Of a DNA stretch of 64,000 bases, positions 1 to 14,429 are shown piece by piece. The stretch covers positions 2,666,001 to 2,730,000 of the forward strand of contig NC_087437.1 in the NCBI RefSeq assembly GCF_036321535.1, given 5' to 3'. The position numbers and the translations under genes were made by a program. The notes under the pieces were generated by a model, which saw nothing but the letters and a program-made list of their open reading frames with translations, did no database searches and was not told the DNA's origin. This DNA is from Camelus dromedarius. Its lineage: Eukaryota. Numbering within the stretch: position 1 is the first letter of the stretch; each line of letters opens with the position of its first letter.

Positions 1-400
1 TTCTTCAACAAGCTCTCGCAAAAATGCATCCAGTCTACCAAGTTCTCCATGAGGCATCTCAAGAGGCAGAGTGAAAGTTCAGGACGATAGCTAAATGTAG
101 CTGGAGATGCCCTCTGGAGCCCTCCTTGTGGGTTTAGTGACTCCCCAGAGAGGCCCCCCCCCTCACTGGAAGCGGGAGAGGTGCCGGGCTAGGAGGTCCT
201 ACTCGGTTGGGAAGCATCTTCTCGGCGTGGCTTCCCTCTCCCTCTCCAAGCTCCACCCCTAGATAATAATTCCTAATTTGGAAGTGCTGTTCCAGGGGGA
301 CACCTGCTAGCCTCCTCCTGAGTGGACAGGAGCCCCTTAGCCTTACTTCCCAGCACCTGAGCCATCTTAGGAAGGGAAGCATTCAAGTCAAACAATGGCC

Positions 401-520
401 GGGCAGGTGGAGCGCAGTGGCAGAGCTCATGCTTAGCACCCAGCAGGTCCTGGGTTCAATCCCCAGGGCCTCCATTAAAAATAAACAAATAGACCTAGTT
501 ACCTCCCCACCACCCAAAAA
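401..520 (+). mobile_element. tRNA-derived SINE (Vic-1-like, camelid type)
   Basis: A-box-like CAGTGGCAGAG, B-box GGTTCAATCCC, followed by an AAATAAA-rich tail; same family as the copies at 26148, 30200, 45620 and 50523. Confidence 0.8.
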
Positions 521-1309
521 CATAAGTCAAATAACATCTTAAACATTCAAGAGCTTTCTAGATAATACAAGGGAGACATGGGAATCAATCTTTTTTTACC
601 CCCAAGAAAAGAAAACCACCAAAGGCCTCACAAACAGCCCTCCAAGACTACTTCCTGGTAGTGCCTTTGTAAGATCCTCTTTTCCTGTGATGGCTAATTT
701 TGCTCTAGGAAGAAAATGTTTAAATTTCGCTCCAATGTGACAAGTTAATTAATTTTTTTTTTTTTTACCTAAAATCTATGCAAGAGGAAGCAAAGAACTT
801 GCCAGAAAATTTGGGATCTATTCTTATCTACACGTGCTCCCTGTATTTGCAGTAAAATGGAGAGAGCTACAGAAAGCTGGGGAGGGAAGCAGAGTTGTTT
901 GAACCAGTCCGTTTCCATTCCATGCCTTCTGTAAGCATGTCTGTGATGCCTCCTCTGCTGGAGAGTTCTTGAGTGTCTGGGAAGCTGGAAATGTGGTCCA
1001 CCCTCCAGGCTGGAGCGAGGAAGTGGCCATTGTGAGGAGGTGGAGGGAATGTGGTACCAACAACACAGGACGTGTGCAGACCTTGACCCTCCTCCCCTCC
1101 TGCCTGCCAGTCTGACCCTGACAGTCGAGGGCTGCCACACTCATGTCCACAGTCTAGGGCTTGGTAGGGCCCCATGGAGCTAGGCTCAGTGGAACAGCCA
1201 TCAGGCCAGGAGAAAGGGTGGGAAGTCACCCCCACCTGTCAGAGGAGGAGGGGCAGGTGACAAAGACACCAAGAAGGCTGTGGACAAGGACTGGAGTTGA
1301 GAGGACACA

Positions 1310-1650
1310 CAGTCAGCCCTTCACAGCCATGATTTCTGCATCTGCAGAATCAACAAACCATGGGTAAAAAAATATTTGAGGGAAAAAAATTCCAGAAAGC
1401 TCCGAAAAATAAAATTCGAATTTTCTGGTCACAGGCAAATTTACATAGCATTTACATTGTGTTTACAGCTAGTCATATTGTATTAGGTGTTACAAGTCAT
1501 CTAGAAATGACTTTAAATATGTCAGAGGGTGTATGTAGGTTTATACAAATTCTGTGCTATTTTATATAAGGGATTTGAACTTCTACAGCATTGAGTGGGA
1601 AGGAGGGGGGGGCCTGGAACTGATCTCACAGGTACCAAAGGACAACTATA
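1310..1650. mobile_element. Tigger/MER2-family DNA transposon remnant (Tigger3-like)
   Basis: Starts CAGTCAGCCCT...GAATCAACAAACC and ends GGAACTGATC...CCAAAGGACAACTATA, resembling recalled Tigger3/MER2 terminal repeats. Confidence 0.6.
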
Positions 1651-2157
1651 CATCAGAGAATTCATTACATGTCGGGCACTGTGCTGGGTGCTTCTCACAT
1701 ATTCTTTCTTCCTCTTACAGCCTTAATTCTAATTACAGCAGAATTATGGAGGCAGCCAGGGAGGGGTGGGGAGTGGCACTTTGTAAAGCAAATTCAATAC
1801 CCACATGACTTCAATTAAAAATAGAGAAAGAGAGAGAGAGAGAGAAAATAAAACAGGACAGAACCTTCACTGGTACTGAATCCTGTAAGACAGTCCAGGA
1901 AAGCATGAAAGAGAGGGTTCCCAGCCCTGAGGCCAGGGAGGGCAGCGTCCCAGATGCGCTGGCACAGAGAAGGCGAGGCCAGGCAGGTGGTGGTGGGTGG
2001 TCCAGAACCAGGTCTCGGCCCAGGTGTGGGCCTCCTCTGGCCTCTTCTTGTTTCATCTGAGTTTGAAACCTGAGTAACTGGATGGAGATGTTAGTAAGTC
2101 AGCAGCTAGTGATGCTTCGTGTCTTCACTTTTCATCCATGGAGCAGAGAGTCACTAA

Positions 2158-2520
<363 letters not shown>

Positions 2521-3297
2521 TGAGGAGCTGGTGGGTGGAGGGGCGAGCACCCTCCTGCCGGCAGAATCACCGAGCAGGGGCATTCTCAGGACGTTCTGGG
2601 TGAGGTCGCAGCAGCTGTCACTGACACCTGGGTTGAGCCAGGCCTTTTGTCCAGCTCAGCCAGAGATGCTCGGGGAGCAGGATTTGCTGGGAAAGTGAGT
2701 CAAGGTCTTTCAGACACCTCGAGAAGCCAAAGGCAGTGATCACGAGTTCAGCTCCAGCTCTTAGTGACCATTCGCCAAGGTTAGGGGCCTTGAGAGCAGC
2801 GCTGAAAGCCACCCTGAGTTGTTCCAGGAGCTCCCAAAGGGCCCTGGCCGCCGTGGAGGGACAGGCCAGAAGTTCTCCAGGGGCTCCCGCAGCAGTGAGG
2901 GGCGCTGGCTTCCCATTAGGCCCTCCAGACACGCTGGGTCAGCCGCACCCCCTTCAGTTTCACTTGGCCCGCATGGCTGCAAGCCGCCGGCCCCTGCAGA
3001 CACCCACAGACACCGGGCCCGACCTGGGCCCCCAGCTCCCAGCTCGGGTGCCCAGCTCAGCAGAACAGCCCACAGACCAAAGGCCCTTAGCTCTGGGGCC
3101 AAACGGACCTGTTCTCTATCAGACTAAAAGCTCTCCTCCCGCTGGGAAGGAGCCCTGGGCCTGGGGGTCGGGGTGGAGGTGGCCCCGGCTTCCTCGCCTC
3201 TGTCACTTGTAATTTGTCCCTGTGTGATTTATTGCTTTTTTTTTAACAGAGGGAAGCTAATAGCTGTCTTACTACTTTTATCTCTCATCATCCCAAG

Positions 3298-3373
3298 GTG
3301 CCTATCAAGTGGATGGCTTTGGAATCGATTTTACACTGAATTTATACCCACCAGAGTGATGTCTGGAGCTACG
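3298..3373 (+). pseudogene. EGFR: EGFR exon 22-like exon with an in-frame stop
   Basis: cccaag|[24 protein letters not shown] G|gtgag; 76 nt as in EGFR exon 22; TGA at 3337-3339 replaces Arg. Confidence 0.93.
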
Positions 3374-4649
3374 GTGAGACAAACCCCTGCGGCTGATGGA
3401 TGGTGCAGAGGCTCCACTGGCTTGTGTTGTGGTCAGTTCACATGACCCATTCCGTCATCCCAGACAGTGTCCAACAGTGACGCCACCGCTGCTGCCTGTC
3501 TGTTACACTAGAACACATGAGAAAGGAAACTGGGTCTGACTACTGTACCGAATGTCACTGGGGTATCAGTGAGCCTGTCAGGAGAGAGGGCAATGGGGGG
3601 GGGACTTGAACTGAGGAAATGCCTGTACCTGCAAAATCAAACCCATCGTGACTTCTTGCCATGAATGTGAAGTGAACCAAATGCAGATGACAAGTGAGGT
3701 TTCATGGGCAGAGAAGTGTGGTTTAATGAGGGATTAACCCCGTGGCTGTTGGTCACATGGTGTGTGTAGTCTGTGTGTCAGAGAGAAGAGCGTGACAGAG
3801 ATGCGCTGTGAGGAGGTGTCTGAGGGAAAATACAAGAAAGGGGGAAGTTACTGCTTCTAGCTATAGTGAGGACCATCTCACCAGGACCTGATTCACTTCC
3901 TTCTTCCACATCCCTGCAGCCCTGGGCTCCGTGCCCTGAGGTGCTTCTCCCTTCTCAAACACGCCTTTCACATCCTGGCCTCATCCTCCATGCAGAGGAT
4001 CCAGAACCTGCGGGGGCCTTGCCTTGCAGGAGAGCGGCCCCGGTACATCCACTGAGTGCGTGCTAGGTGCTTCCATCTGTGTTACCACTGCCAGCTCCCT
4101 GTGTCACCTGAAATCTGCCGAAACCTTGCCAAGCACCTGATCCACATGAATCTGTGAATTTTCAGCCTGTCCCAGCTATTAAGGCAATGGAGGTGAAGCA
4201 GGGAGTCACCCCACCCCCCCCAAAAACATGTATTTGGGGAGAGCAGTATTGAAAGGAATTGCTAGGAGGAATGTAGTCATATCACAAAAACAAAGTCACA
4301 TATAAAGGAACTGAATTCTAATATTTTAGTTGTGCTAATCTATTTTTAAAAATCCCCCTTTACTAACATTTTTCTATAAAAAATGTTTATGTAGTCAAGT
4401 TAAATTTTTTGATAATTCAGATTGCTTTGGTAATTTTAGTTTAATATTAAGTTTAAGAATGCTTCCAAGAGTCTCCTCTGTTAAGTGAATGTGGAGTATA
4501 ATTCATAGATTTTAACTTTTAAATAAGACTTATGTTGTCTCATGAAGACAGCAATTAACCTGAACCCCCTAAAGTTTTCATACCAGTTACCTGATCATAT
4601 AGGGTAATAGTTCTTGCACACCATGTTCAAGATGATGAAAAATACACAA

Positions 4650-6370
4650 CTGTATTTAATACCTAGAAATAAATTTAACCGAGGGGGAAGATCTGTACAC
4701 TGAAAACTACATGACAGTAAGAAACAAATTAAAGTAGACAAAATAGATAGAAAGATATTCCATGCTCATGGAATTAAACAATTAACAGTGCTAAAATATA
4801 CCTATGCTACCCAAAGCATTCTACAGATTTAATGCAATCACTATCAAAAATACAGATAACATTCTTCACAGAACTAGAACAAAAAATTCTAAAATTTGTA
4901 TGGAAACCCAAAAGACCCCCAATAGCCAAAGCAATCTTGAGAAAGAATAATGCTGGAGGCATCATGCTGTCTGACTTCAAACTCTATTCTAAAGCTGTAG
5001 TAATCGAAACAACATAGTATTGGCAAGAAAACAGACACACAGATCAATGGAACAGAATAGAGAGCCCAGAAGTAAACCCACACATATACGGTCAGTTTAT
5101 TTATAACAAAGGAGCCAAGAATATACAATGGGGAAGGGCAATCTCTTCAATAAATGGTCCTTGGAAAAGTGGACAGTGACATGCAACTAAATGAAACTTG
5201 ACCACTATCTTACACCATACACAAAAACTAACACAAAATAGATTAAAGACTTGAACATCGAGAACTGACTTCAAAACTCCTAGAAATGAAAATAGGCAGT
5301 AGGCTTTTTGACATTAGTCTTGTTGAAGATTCTTTGGATTTGACACCAAAAGCAAAGGTAACAAACGCAAAAATAAACAAGTGGGACTACATCAAACTAA
5401 AAAGCTCTGCACAGCAAAGAAAACCATGAAAAAATGAAAAGGCAACCTACCCAACGGGAGAGGAAATTTTCAAACAATGTATCTGATAAAGGATTAATCT
5501 CCAAAAATTTTTATCTAGCTAGCTAGCTAAATAAAAAACTCATACAATCCAATAGCAAGAAAAACTTGCAATTGAGTTAAAAAATGGGCAGAAGATCTGA
5601 ATAGACATTCTTCCAAAACAAGACAAATAGATGGCTGACAGATATGTTAAAAGGTGCTCAGCACCACTAATGATCAATGCAAATCAAATGGAAAATGCAA
5701 ATCAAAACCACAATGAGATACCAACTCAAATCTGTCAGAATGGCTATTTTCAAATGTACAAGAAAATAACAAGTGTCATCAAGACTGTGGAGAAAAGAGA
5801 ATCCTTGTGCACTGTTGGTGGAAATGTAAATTGATGCAGCCACTATGGAAAACAGTATGGATGTCCCTCAAAAGATTAAAAATAGCTCTACCTATAATCC
5901 AGCAACTCCACTTCTGGGTATTTATCTGAATGGAAATAAAAACACGAATTCAAAGAGGTACCTGCAGTCCCATGTTCACTGCAGCATTATTTACAATAGC
6001 CAAGACAAAGAAGCAACCTGGGTGTCCACAGATGGATAAATAAAAAAAGAAGGTATTTTATATATATCATATAGATATATATAATTCATATCTATGATAG
6101 AATATTACTCAGCCATAAAGAAGAATGAAATCTTGCCATTTTTAATAACACAGATTGAGCTTGAGGGCATTGTGTTAAGTGAAATAACTTAGGCAGATAA
6201 AAGCAAATAAATACCATATGACCTCTCACATGTAGAATCTAAAAAGTATAATAATAAAAGTTAAAAAATAAAAACCAAGTTCATAGATACAGAAAATAAA
6301 TTGGCAGTTGCCAAAGTAGGGGTGGGGGTTCAGTGGGAGAAATGGGTGGAGGCTGTGAAAATGTGGAAGG
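4650..6370 (+). mobile_element. LINE-1 fragment (ORF2 C-terminal part and 3' UTR), degenerate
   Basis: Peptides [52 protein letters not shown] and [11 protein letters not shown] are typical of L1 ORF2; many stops. Confidence 0.92.
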
Positions 6371-8039
6371 AAAAAAGGAAGGAAGGAAGGAAATGTGGTT
6401 AAGCTTCTAAATTAATCCAACTAGATTTTTCTTTTTATGTGAGCTAATCAATGTCCTTACGTTTAAGCCATTTTGGCTGGTATTTCTGTTACGTACAGCT
6501 ACACTGTATCTAAAAACTTACCAATAAAAATGTCAGTTAAAATAGAAATCTATCAGCAAATACTTTGCCAAAAGTTTACTCTAGACCATGCACAATGCAT
6601 AATGGTTCTGTCCCTCAAATTTAGTTTAATTCAGTGTGTCTCAAAAAGAAACTGAATTAGTATCAAGGGGCTGGGAAAGGGAAAGAAGTTGCTAAAATGC
6701 GTATTCCTTGGCTTTACGATACACCTACTAACCCAAATCTTGGGAGTGGTGGGGAAAGCAAAAAATTGTATTTTGCTTAAGTGATCCTAATGTATTCTAA
6801 AGACTAAATAGCACTGACTTGTTCAAGACTGGTCATGTGAATCAGTGAATAATAAAAGGCAGAATATATAATAAAGTGCTGAAGTGTGAAATGTGGAGTG
6901 TGAGCTCTCAAGTTACACAGACACTCAGAAGCAGCTCAGCAAACTGGTGGGCAAGGCTGCTTCCGCCACTTAACACGCAGGCATTTCGGTCAGTTCATCT
7001 TTAAACAGGGCTGACAGGGACTACTTCGCTTTGTGGTCCTAAGTTCTGAGATAACATGTGAGGAGCATGTGGGAGGGGGTAGTGAAACCAAAGTTTTAAA
7101 ATTTTATTCAACTAAATTGACATATAATTCTGACAAACTTATTTTATCAATAGTAATTATACTCATTGGCAAGTCTGCTTAGACATAATTTTCAAGTCTT
7201 TCAGTTAACTTTAAAACTGTGTATTAATGTAACATTCTATTAAATAATGGATAATCACTGAACGCTTGGATGATTTCTATATAAAATAAAATACTTGAAA
7301 TCCTGGTCACCAATATTTGCTTATTATTTTCAAATGCTATGAAATGCTTTTTCTTTACTGAACATGTTTCTTTTTGCCACTTTGAAGCTGTAAAAGTAGT
7401 GATTGTGTAGCTATAGATAATTGTTTTATGTGTGCTCATGAAATTTGCTGGTAAACTAACAAGATTGTGTATGAAACTGTTATTACTTACCTTTCAACAT
7501 TTTATGCGAAAAATAAATTAGGTATCTTGGTTTAAAATGAGTATTGAAGCTATCCTAGGAACAATGGTTTCAGAAAAAGACTAAATGTGTAGATAAAGTA
7601 ATGGAATGTATTTTCATTTATCAGTGGGAAATGACAGTAATTTCTTCTTAAAGCAAAGATTCTGCACAACAAGTTGAAGAAGATAGTGACATAAAAAAAT
7701 CTTGTATGGACAGAGACAGTTTAGAAGGCTTGCAGAAAATAAACTTTGTCTTAATTTGTAATAATGCAAATAAAGAACCTGCAGAGAAGCAATGAAAGCC
7801 ATTAAAATGTTTGCAGAGTAGACTCCGTTTTTATAACTGTATTTGTAAGACAAAAAGAAAAACTTCATGAATTCTTAGTGTTAAATATTACATTGACACA
7901 GCACTAGAATGTCATTTTCTCTCTATTAAAATGACAAATTGGTGTAGGAGTATTCAGTCTGCTCTTAAGAAGACATAGTTGTTTTGTTACCTTCTGTATA
8001 ATCTGCCCAGATCATTATTTTTCTTACCAAATTAGGCAG

Positions 8040-10550
8040 CATATAATTGGTTCTTGTTTTTTAGCCATTCAGCCTCTCTATGTCTCTTGACTGGAGAATT
8101 TAGTCCATTTATATTTAAAATATTTAAAATAATTATTGATAGGTATGTACTTATTGCTATTTTGTTATCTCTTCTCTGGTTGTTTTGTAGTTCCTTTCTG
8201 TTTCTTTCTTCTTCTCTTTCTTTCCCTGTTGTTTGATGACTTTCTCTAGTGTTATGCTTACACTCCTTTCTCATCATCTGTTGTGTATCTATCATAGGTT
8301 TTGGCTTTATGGTTACCATGAAGCTCACAGATAATAGTCTATATATTATATATACATAACAATTTATTTTAAGTTGATAGCAAATTTGAACATATTCTAC
8401 AAGTCTGCATTTTTAAAAATTTGGTGTAATCTAACTAACTTACTTATTAATTAATTATTATAGTTGTGGTTATTTTCACTACTTTTGACTTTTAACCTTC
8501 ATACTGGCTTTATAAGTGATTAATCAACTTCCTGTACTATAAATTTACCTTTAACACTGAGACTTTTATTCTCATATGCTTTCTAGTTACTAGTTAGTGT
8601 CCTTCCTTATCAGCTTAAAGAAGATTCTTCAACATTTCTTGCAGGGCCAGTTTAGCAGTGATTAACTCCCTTAGCTTTTGCTGGTCTGGAAAACACTTGC
8701 TCTCTCCTTTAATATTAACTGAATGGCAGTTTTGCTGGGTGAAGTACTCTTGGTTTAACCATTTTGCATATATCCTGCCACTCCCTTCTGACCTGCGAGG
8801 TTTCAGCTATAAATCTGCTGCTTCTCTTATGGGGGTTCCCTTATACATAACAAGTTGTTTTTCTCTTGCTGCTTTTGAGATTCTCTCTTTATCTTTAGGC
8901 ATTTTAACTCTAATTTCTCTTGGTTTGGGTCTCTCTGGATTCCTCTTGTTTGAAATTCTCTGGGCTTTTTAGATCTGGATATCTGTTTCCTTACCTAGGT
9001 TAGGGAAGTTTTCAGCCATTACTTGTTCAAATAAGTTTTCTGCCCCCTCCCTCTCTTCTGCTTCTATAACCCCATATGAATATTATTTAGCATGATTTTG
9101 GCTCACAGGTCCCTTAATCTATCTTTATTTTTTTAATTTTTTTTTCCTGTTTGCTGCTCTGTTTGTGTAAGTTCCACTGCTCTGTCTTCGAGATCACTGT
9201 TTCTTTTTCCTTCTGACTTATCTAAGCCCGTTGTTGAACCCTTCAGGCATATTTTTCAGTTCAGTTACTGTATTCTTTGGTTCTGTGACTTCTGTTTGGT
9301 ACTTACATTTTCTACCTCTGTTGAATTTCTAAGTACATCCAAACTCCACCTAAGTTCAGTGAGCAATTTTATGATCATTACTTTGAATTCTTTATCAGGT
9401 AAATTACTTATCTCCCCATTTCATTAAGGTCTCCCCCCGCCCCTCCCACCTTGGACTTATCTTGTTCTTTCATATGGAATATTTTCTTTTTTTTTCCTTT
9501 TTCTTGGCCCTTTGTGTCTGTTTCGATGTTAGGTAAAACAGCTATCTCTCCCAGTCTTGAAGGGGTGACTCCATGTAGGCATTGAGCCTTATTTTTTAAC
9601 CTTGCCCTAGTTCTTTGTTGTTTCCCTGTTTCAGACCCATGGATCAGAACTGTAATCCTGCCATCTATCAGAGCCTGGCACTCAAAGGACATCCCCTGTG
9701 TTGGCTGCATTTGCCCACTGGCTTTGGGGTTTGTGGGGGAAGGAGGGTACTCACTTGCCACCTCCAGTGAAGCAACAGGAACATGGGAGGAGGAGTGGGA
9801 CCCCTGCCTACCACCTCCATCAAGGATGTGGCAGCAGCATGCAGGAGGGGTGCTGACCGTTTGCCTCTGGCAGGGTTGCAGCAACAGTGCAGGTGGGGTG
9901 GGATGTGTGCCCATGGCCTCTGGTGGGCTGTGGCAGCAGCATGGGCTGTGAGTGCTAGCAAGTTAACGTGAGAGTACAAAAATGGCACCAGCTGGCACCT
10001 CCGTCCCTAGGGAAAATTCCAACAAGCTTCTGTCCCTCTAGCACTTGTTTTAAGAATGGCACATAAATCTTTACATATGGCTTATGCTGTTTTTAAGTTG
10101 CTGCTCTTGTCCCAGGTGCTGGGTGAGTGAATCTATCCATGGGCCCAGGTGCTGGGTGAGTGAATCTGCCCATGGGCCCAGATGCTGGGTGAGTGAATCT
10201 GCCCATGGGCCCGTTAGGAGCAGAATCTCCATACCCCACAGCCCTGTGGTTCCTCAGGATACAACCCCTATTGGTTTTCAAAGCCAGATGTTTTGAGGGT
10301 TTGTCTCTGCAGTGCAGGTGTGAAGGGCTGGGTGGCTCAGGTGGAGAATCATCTCTCACCCTCCCAGGAGAATTTCTGTAACTGTGAGATCCCTCCCAGT
10401 TGTGAGTCTCCATGCTAGGGGCAGGGTTTTTGGTGCAACTGTGTCTTTTCCTCTCCCACCTATGTTAATGTGGCTTTTTTATTCTTTGTTGTGGAGTAGC
10501 TGTTCAGCTAGTTCTCAGGTCCTTCTCAGAGGGAGCTGTTTCATATACAA
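8040..10550 (-). mobile_element. LINE-1 5' portion (5' region, ORF1, start of the ORF2 endonuclease), degenerate
   Basis: Minus-strand peptide IIILNILNINGLNSPVKRHREAEWLK matches the L1 endonuclease N-terminus; adjacent sequence resembles antisense ORF1; boundaries approximate. Confidence 0.8.
10111..10211. repeat. 33-bp tandem repeat x3
   Basis: CCCAG(G/A)TGCTGGGTGAGTGAATCT(AT/GC)CCATGGG starting at 10111, 10144 and 10177. Confidence 0.9.
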
Positions 10551-10949
10551 CTCATCATTTCCAGGTCTGGTCAGCAGAGGGCAGCAAAGGGTAGTGGAGC
10601 ACGAGCTCACTGAGAAGGCCTGGGCATTCCTCTCTTGTCCATCTTTGTGGAGGTAAAAATGAGTTAGCAGGTAGTAGAAGGTCCAGAGTGCCAGAATCAG
10701 GAGAGAAATTACTCACAGGGACAGTGACCCAGAATGAAAATTAGGCTGAGGCCACAGTGGAAAGGTTTAGCCACAGTTCACAGCCTGGTATCTGTGTAGA
10801 GACGTGAGCAACTAGACTCAGGAGGGGACTCATCATGAGAGCACAGTCACATCCTGACTGCTCCTCCAGCCTGTCTGAAGCCCGAGGTCTCGCTCCTTAA
10901 AGTGACCGGTGTCTCAGACGCTGGCTCCTTAAGTTTTCCTTTCCTCCAA

Positions 10950-11320
10950 GGCAAACACAGAGACTACATTTCCCCGGCTCCCGCACAGTTAGGTATGGCC
11001 ATGTACCCAAGTTCTACCCAGTGAAATGTGGGGAGGAATAATTAAGCCACCTCTAGCCCTGGCCCATAAAAACCTCCCATGAATCTTTCACATTCACTTT
11101 TCCCCTTTGCCAATGAGATGGTGAGCCCATGGCAATTCTGTGCGCCACCTGCTAATTCCATCAGCCTGGGTCCATAAGTAGGGCAGAAAACCCTCCATTC
11201 CTAGACTGGCTACCTAATGAGCTTTACATTAGCAAAAAAATAAACTTCAAGTGTATTTAAACCACCGTGATTGAGGATTTACTGGCTACCACTGCTTGTA
11301 TTACCTGGCCAATACAATAG
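10950..11320. mobile_element. Old MaLR (MLT1-like) LTR remnant
   Basis: GACTACATTTCCC...GTTAGGTATGGCCATGT...AAATAAACTT motifs resemble MLT1 LTRs. Confidence 0.5.
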
Positions 11321-12039
11321 GTTTACAGTGGGCAACTGAATTTTCTACTTCAACTGAAGACTGACCAGCTCAGTCAAAAGAACAATTCATTCAGCTCCCC
11401 AACTGCTTTTAGAGAAGACTTGCTGGTGGTGATGGTTGAACTGATCCACTGTCTAACTGAAACGGGATTAGGCACACAGCCTGAGCAAAGTGCAGAGGGT
11501 AAGACATGAGGTGACACGGGAGACCAGCGCTGCAGGATTTTATCAGTGGCTGTGCCCTAAGTGATGGGCCATTTGGGAAGAAATGGGGAGACCCGATCAA
11601 TGTAATATGGAAACCTGACTGACTCAATGTGTCCTAGATGAGATGTGGCCCCTCCAGCACATATACACATCAAATACACTAGGTATAATGGCCATAGTAG
11701 TATTAAAGACTGAGTAAACATATCAGTGGATAAAAAAATGGAAGAAGAAGAAAAAAAAAGTGTCTACTATCCACTTTGGGAGCTGATAAAACTTCCAGTC
11801 TGGGAGTTGGTCCATGCAACCAGCAGTGGCTCAGGGTTCCACAACCAGCCATGTTGAGGAGGAGAGAGTGGGGTCTGGGCACCAAAGGCAAACACTGACA
11901 GTCAGTGAGAACACTCAGATACTTGCCAACTCAACACCTTCCGAGCCAGCCTAAACATAGTGTGGCTTTGTATTTTTCTTCTCTCCTTCAGAAGGGAAAC
12001 ACTTCTTCTGCTCTTCCTAGGGGAAACATTGCTTAGCTG

Positions 12040-12600
12040 TGGAAACACTATATGACTTTGAAATTAGACAAACTTGACTCTAGGAATTGTTAGGTATGTG
12101 GCTCTCAGTGACTTAACTTTACTAAGCCTTAGTCTCTCCATCAGTACAACTAGAAATAAGGATTCGCAAAACTGCTCACAAATCTGCTGCAAAAAAATGA
12201 GACGAGGTACTTAAACTGCCTGGCAAAGAGCTTAGCACCTTGTAGTTACTCAGTCAACACCACTCCCTGTTCTGTCTCCCTCTCTGGTCAGGGAACACTA
12301 CCCATGATGTCACTTGTTATTTTTTAATATAAAGCCACTGTCTCCTAAAAGTGTAACTAACATTAACTGAGGGACTGCTGTGTTAGGTACCATAGTAAGT
12401 TTTCTGAAGTATTGTCTCATTTAATTCTCCTAACAACCCAATGAGGAAGGTACTTTTATCACGATCTCTATTTTACAAATAAGGACATTGAGGCTTTAAA
12501 AGTGTAACTGATTTTCCTAGTCTTCTCAGGTAGATAGTAAATAATGAAGAGGGTTTCAAAATTAGGTAACTGGGTTCCAGAACTTACACTCTTGACACCA
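12040..12600. mobile_element. MIR SINE remnants
   Basis: MIR core-like motifs AAGCCTTAGTCTCTCCATCAGTACAA and CTCTATTTTACAAATAAGGACATTGAGGC. Confidence 0.55.
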
Positions 12601-14429
12601 CACAATCTGTTTTCCAATACAGATATTTAATCATTTAAGGGAGAAAGCAGAACTAAGAAAATTGACTTTGAAACATGCTTCAGTGTTGGTACTAGTGACA
12701 CAGGATAACCGCTTCTATTTGAAATTTAGGGCAAAAGTTCGGTGTTCAGTGAAATACTTAAAAACAGCCCCTGTCACTGTTATTTCACTCACGGCACTTT
12801 CATAAAAGGAAAGGAACAATGGTGTTTTGGAAGGAAGTAAGCTTTAGCGGTTACATGTAAAAGTAACTATCACATGAAAGTTACAGGAAAGCTCCTTTGG
12901 TCTTTCTGGGACGAGTTTTCTCTCCTTTGCTTCACACTGAAGGGGAAGATGGCATAAGAACCCCACTTCTTCCTCACTGGATGCCTAGAACACAATCACA
13001 GTCCTGGTTTTCTGGATCTGCTGACCCCGAACCTCTGGGGAAGGACTGCCTGAAAGGCTCCCCAGAGCAATTCTGATGCACATCGCAGACTTGATGACCA
13101 GTGACTGGATCCTAGATGGGGCGACGTCTCCTGGCCTCTAACCTCCCTCTCCCAAAGGGAGAGGCAGAGAGGGGAGATGATCTGGGAATTGGGAAAGGTG
13201 CAGAGATACATCTGCCTACATTTCTTGCCTTTTTAAATAGATTCCGACAGACGCTTGATGAGAGGCCAGAAAGTGCTGTCCCGTGAGCCCCCACAGCTGT
13301 AAAGACAGGCAAGTATGCCCAGACCAGCACTGTCCCTTTAAGATTGGGGAGAAGGGTCTGCAGGCCACTATCTAGATCCACTTAAGCTAGTTGGGTTTTA
13401 AAATGAGAGGCCTGAAGGTCCAAAGGACTAAAAAGACCTATGTTTCCAGACTCCAACTATCTTTTCAGACGTATTTAACTCTTTTGTACCTTCTTTTAGT
13501 GTCTCCAATTTCACAAACTTTTTCTTCTCTCTGAAATTTAATATGCTCAAATTTTATCTCCTTAATATGAAAATCCTTTCTCAACATACACTCTTCTTCT
13601 CCTTCTTCTTCTTCCTCTCCCCATGTCTTCCCCCTCTCCTCTCCAATTAATTCCAAATTATGTTTTAAAGTTCATTTCAAATGAGCTCGTCGAAGAAGCC
13701 TTCCTTGCCGGTCCTCTCCACAGTCAGGTGTCCTTTTAATTGCTCATCTCACTCTTTAATTTTCCTTTGTACCTACCAGTATGGTGTTAATACAGTTATT
13801 GGTGGGGCTCTAACTTCTGTCTCTGCTGTTCAAAACTAGATTTTGTGAGACAGTTGGATCTGAGTCCCTGTTCCTCCCTGCTGTCCAGACCTAACCAAGT
13901 GCCTTTCTTTTAAGACACACTCAAACACTCTCTGCTGAATGAATGAAATTAAAGACAGACAGACTATTTCAGGTTAGCCCTTTTTTCTTCATCCATGGCA
14001 GAAAGCTGTTTCATTCATTTATTCAATAAAATGTCTTGAATTCCTCCCATGTGCCAATGCCTGTGAGAATTAAATGATAAATCAGATATAGGCTCTCTCT
14101 TCCAGGTTCTTAGAGATTAGTGAGGAATAAAAGATATGCATTCAGGTAACTATTACAGAAGCCTATAAGGGAAGCCACACTCTTGTTAGTGTGATTGGAT
14201 TTCAGCCCTCCACAGTTGTCAAAGGAAAGTGACTGTCCCTGTGAGAAGAGGTTAGGGGACCTCCTGAGACAGCTGGATTTGAAGCCTTTGGTTCCATCAC
14301 AGCTGCCTGGTTTGACAGTATCTAAACCATCTGTGGAGCAGCCTCCCTGTCTGCACATGGGCCAGTTTTCTAGTGGAGAGAGAATGCTGCCTTTACATAC
14401 ATTTTTAGCAGATTACTATAGATTTCACA

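Noticed and set aside
12819..13308. Putative upstream ARHGAP20-like exons (ATG...GAA|gtaagc at 12819-12836; 13241-13308 with a GC donor)
   Set aside because: Phases are compatible, but the joined frame has stops and the similarity to ARHGAP20 is too weak to call.
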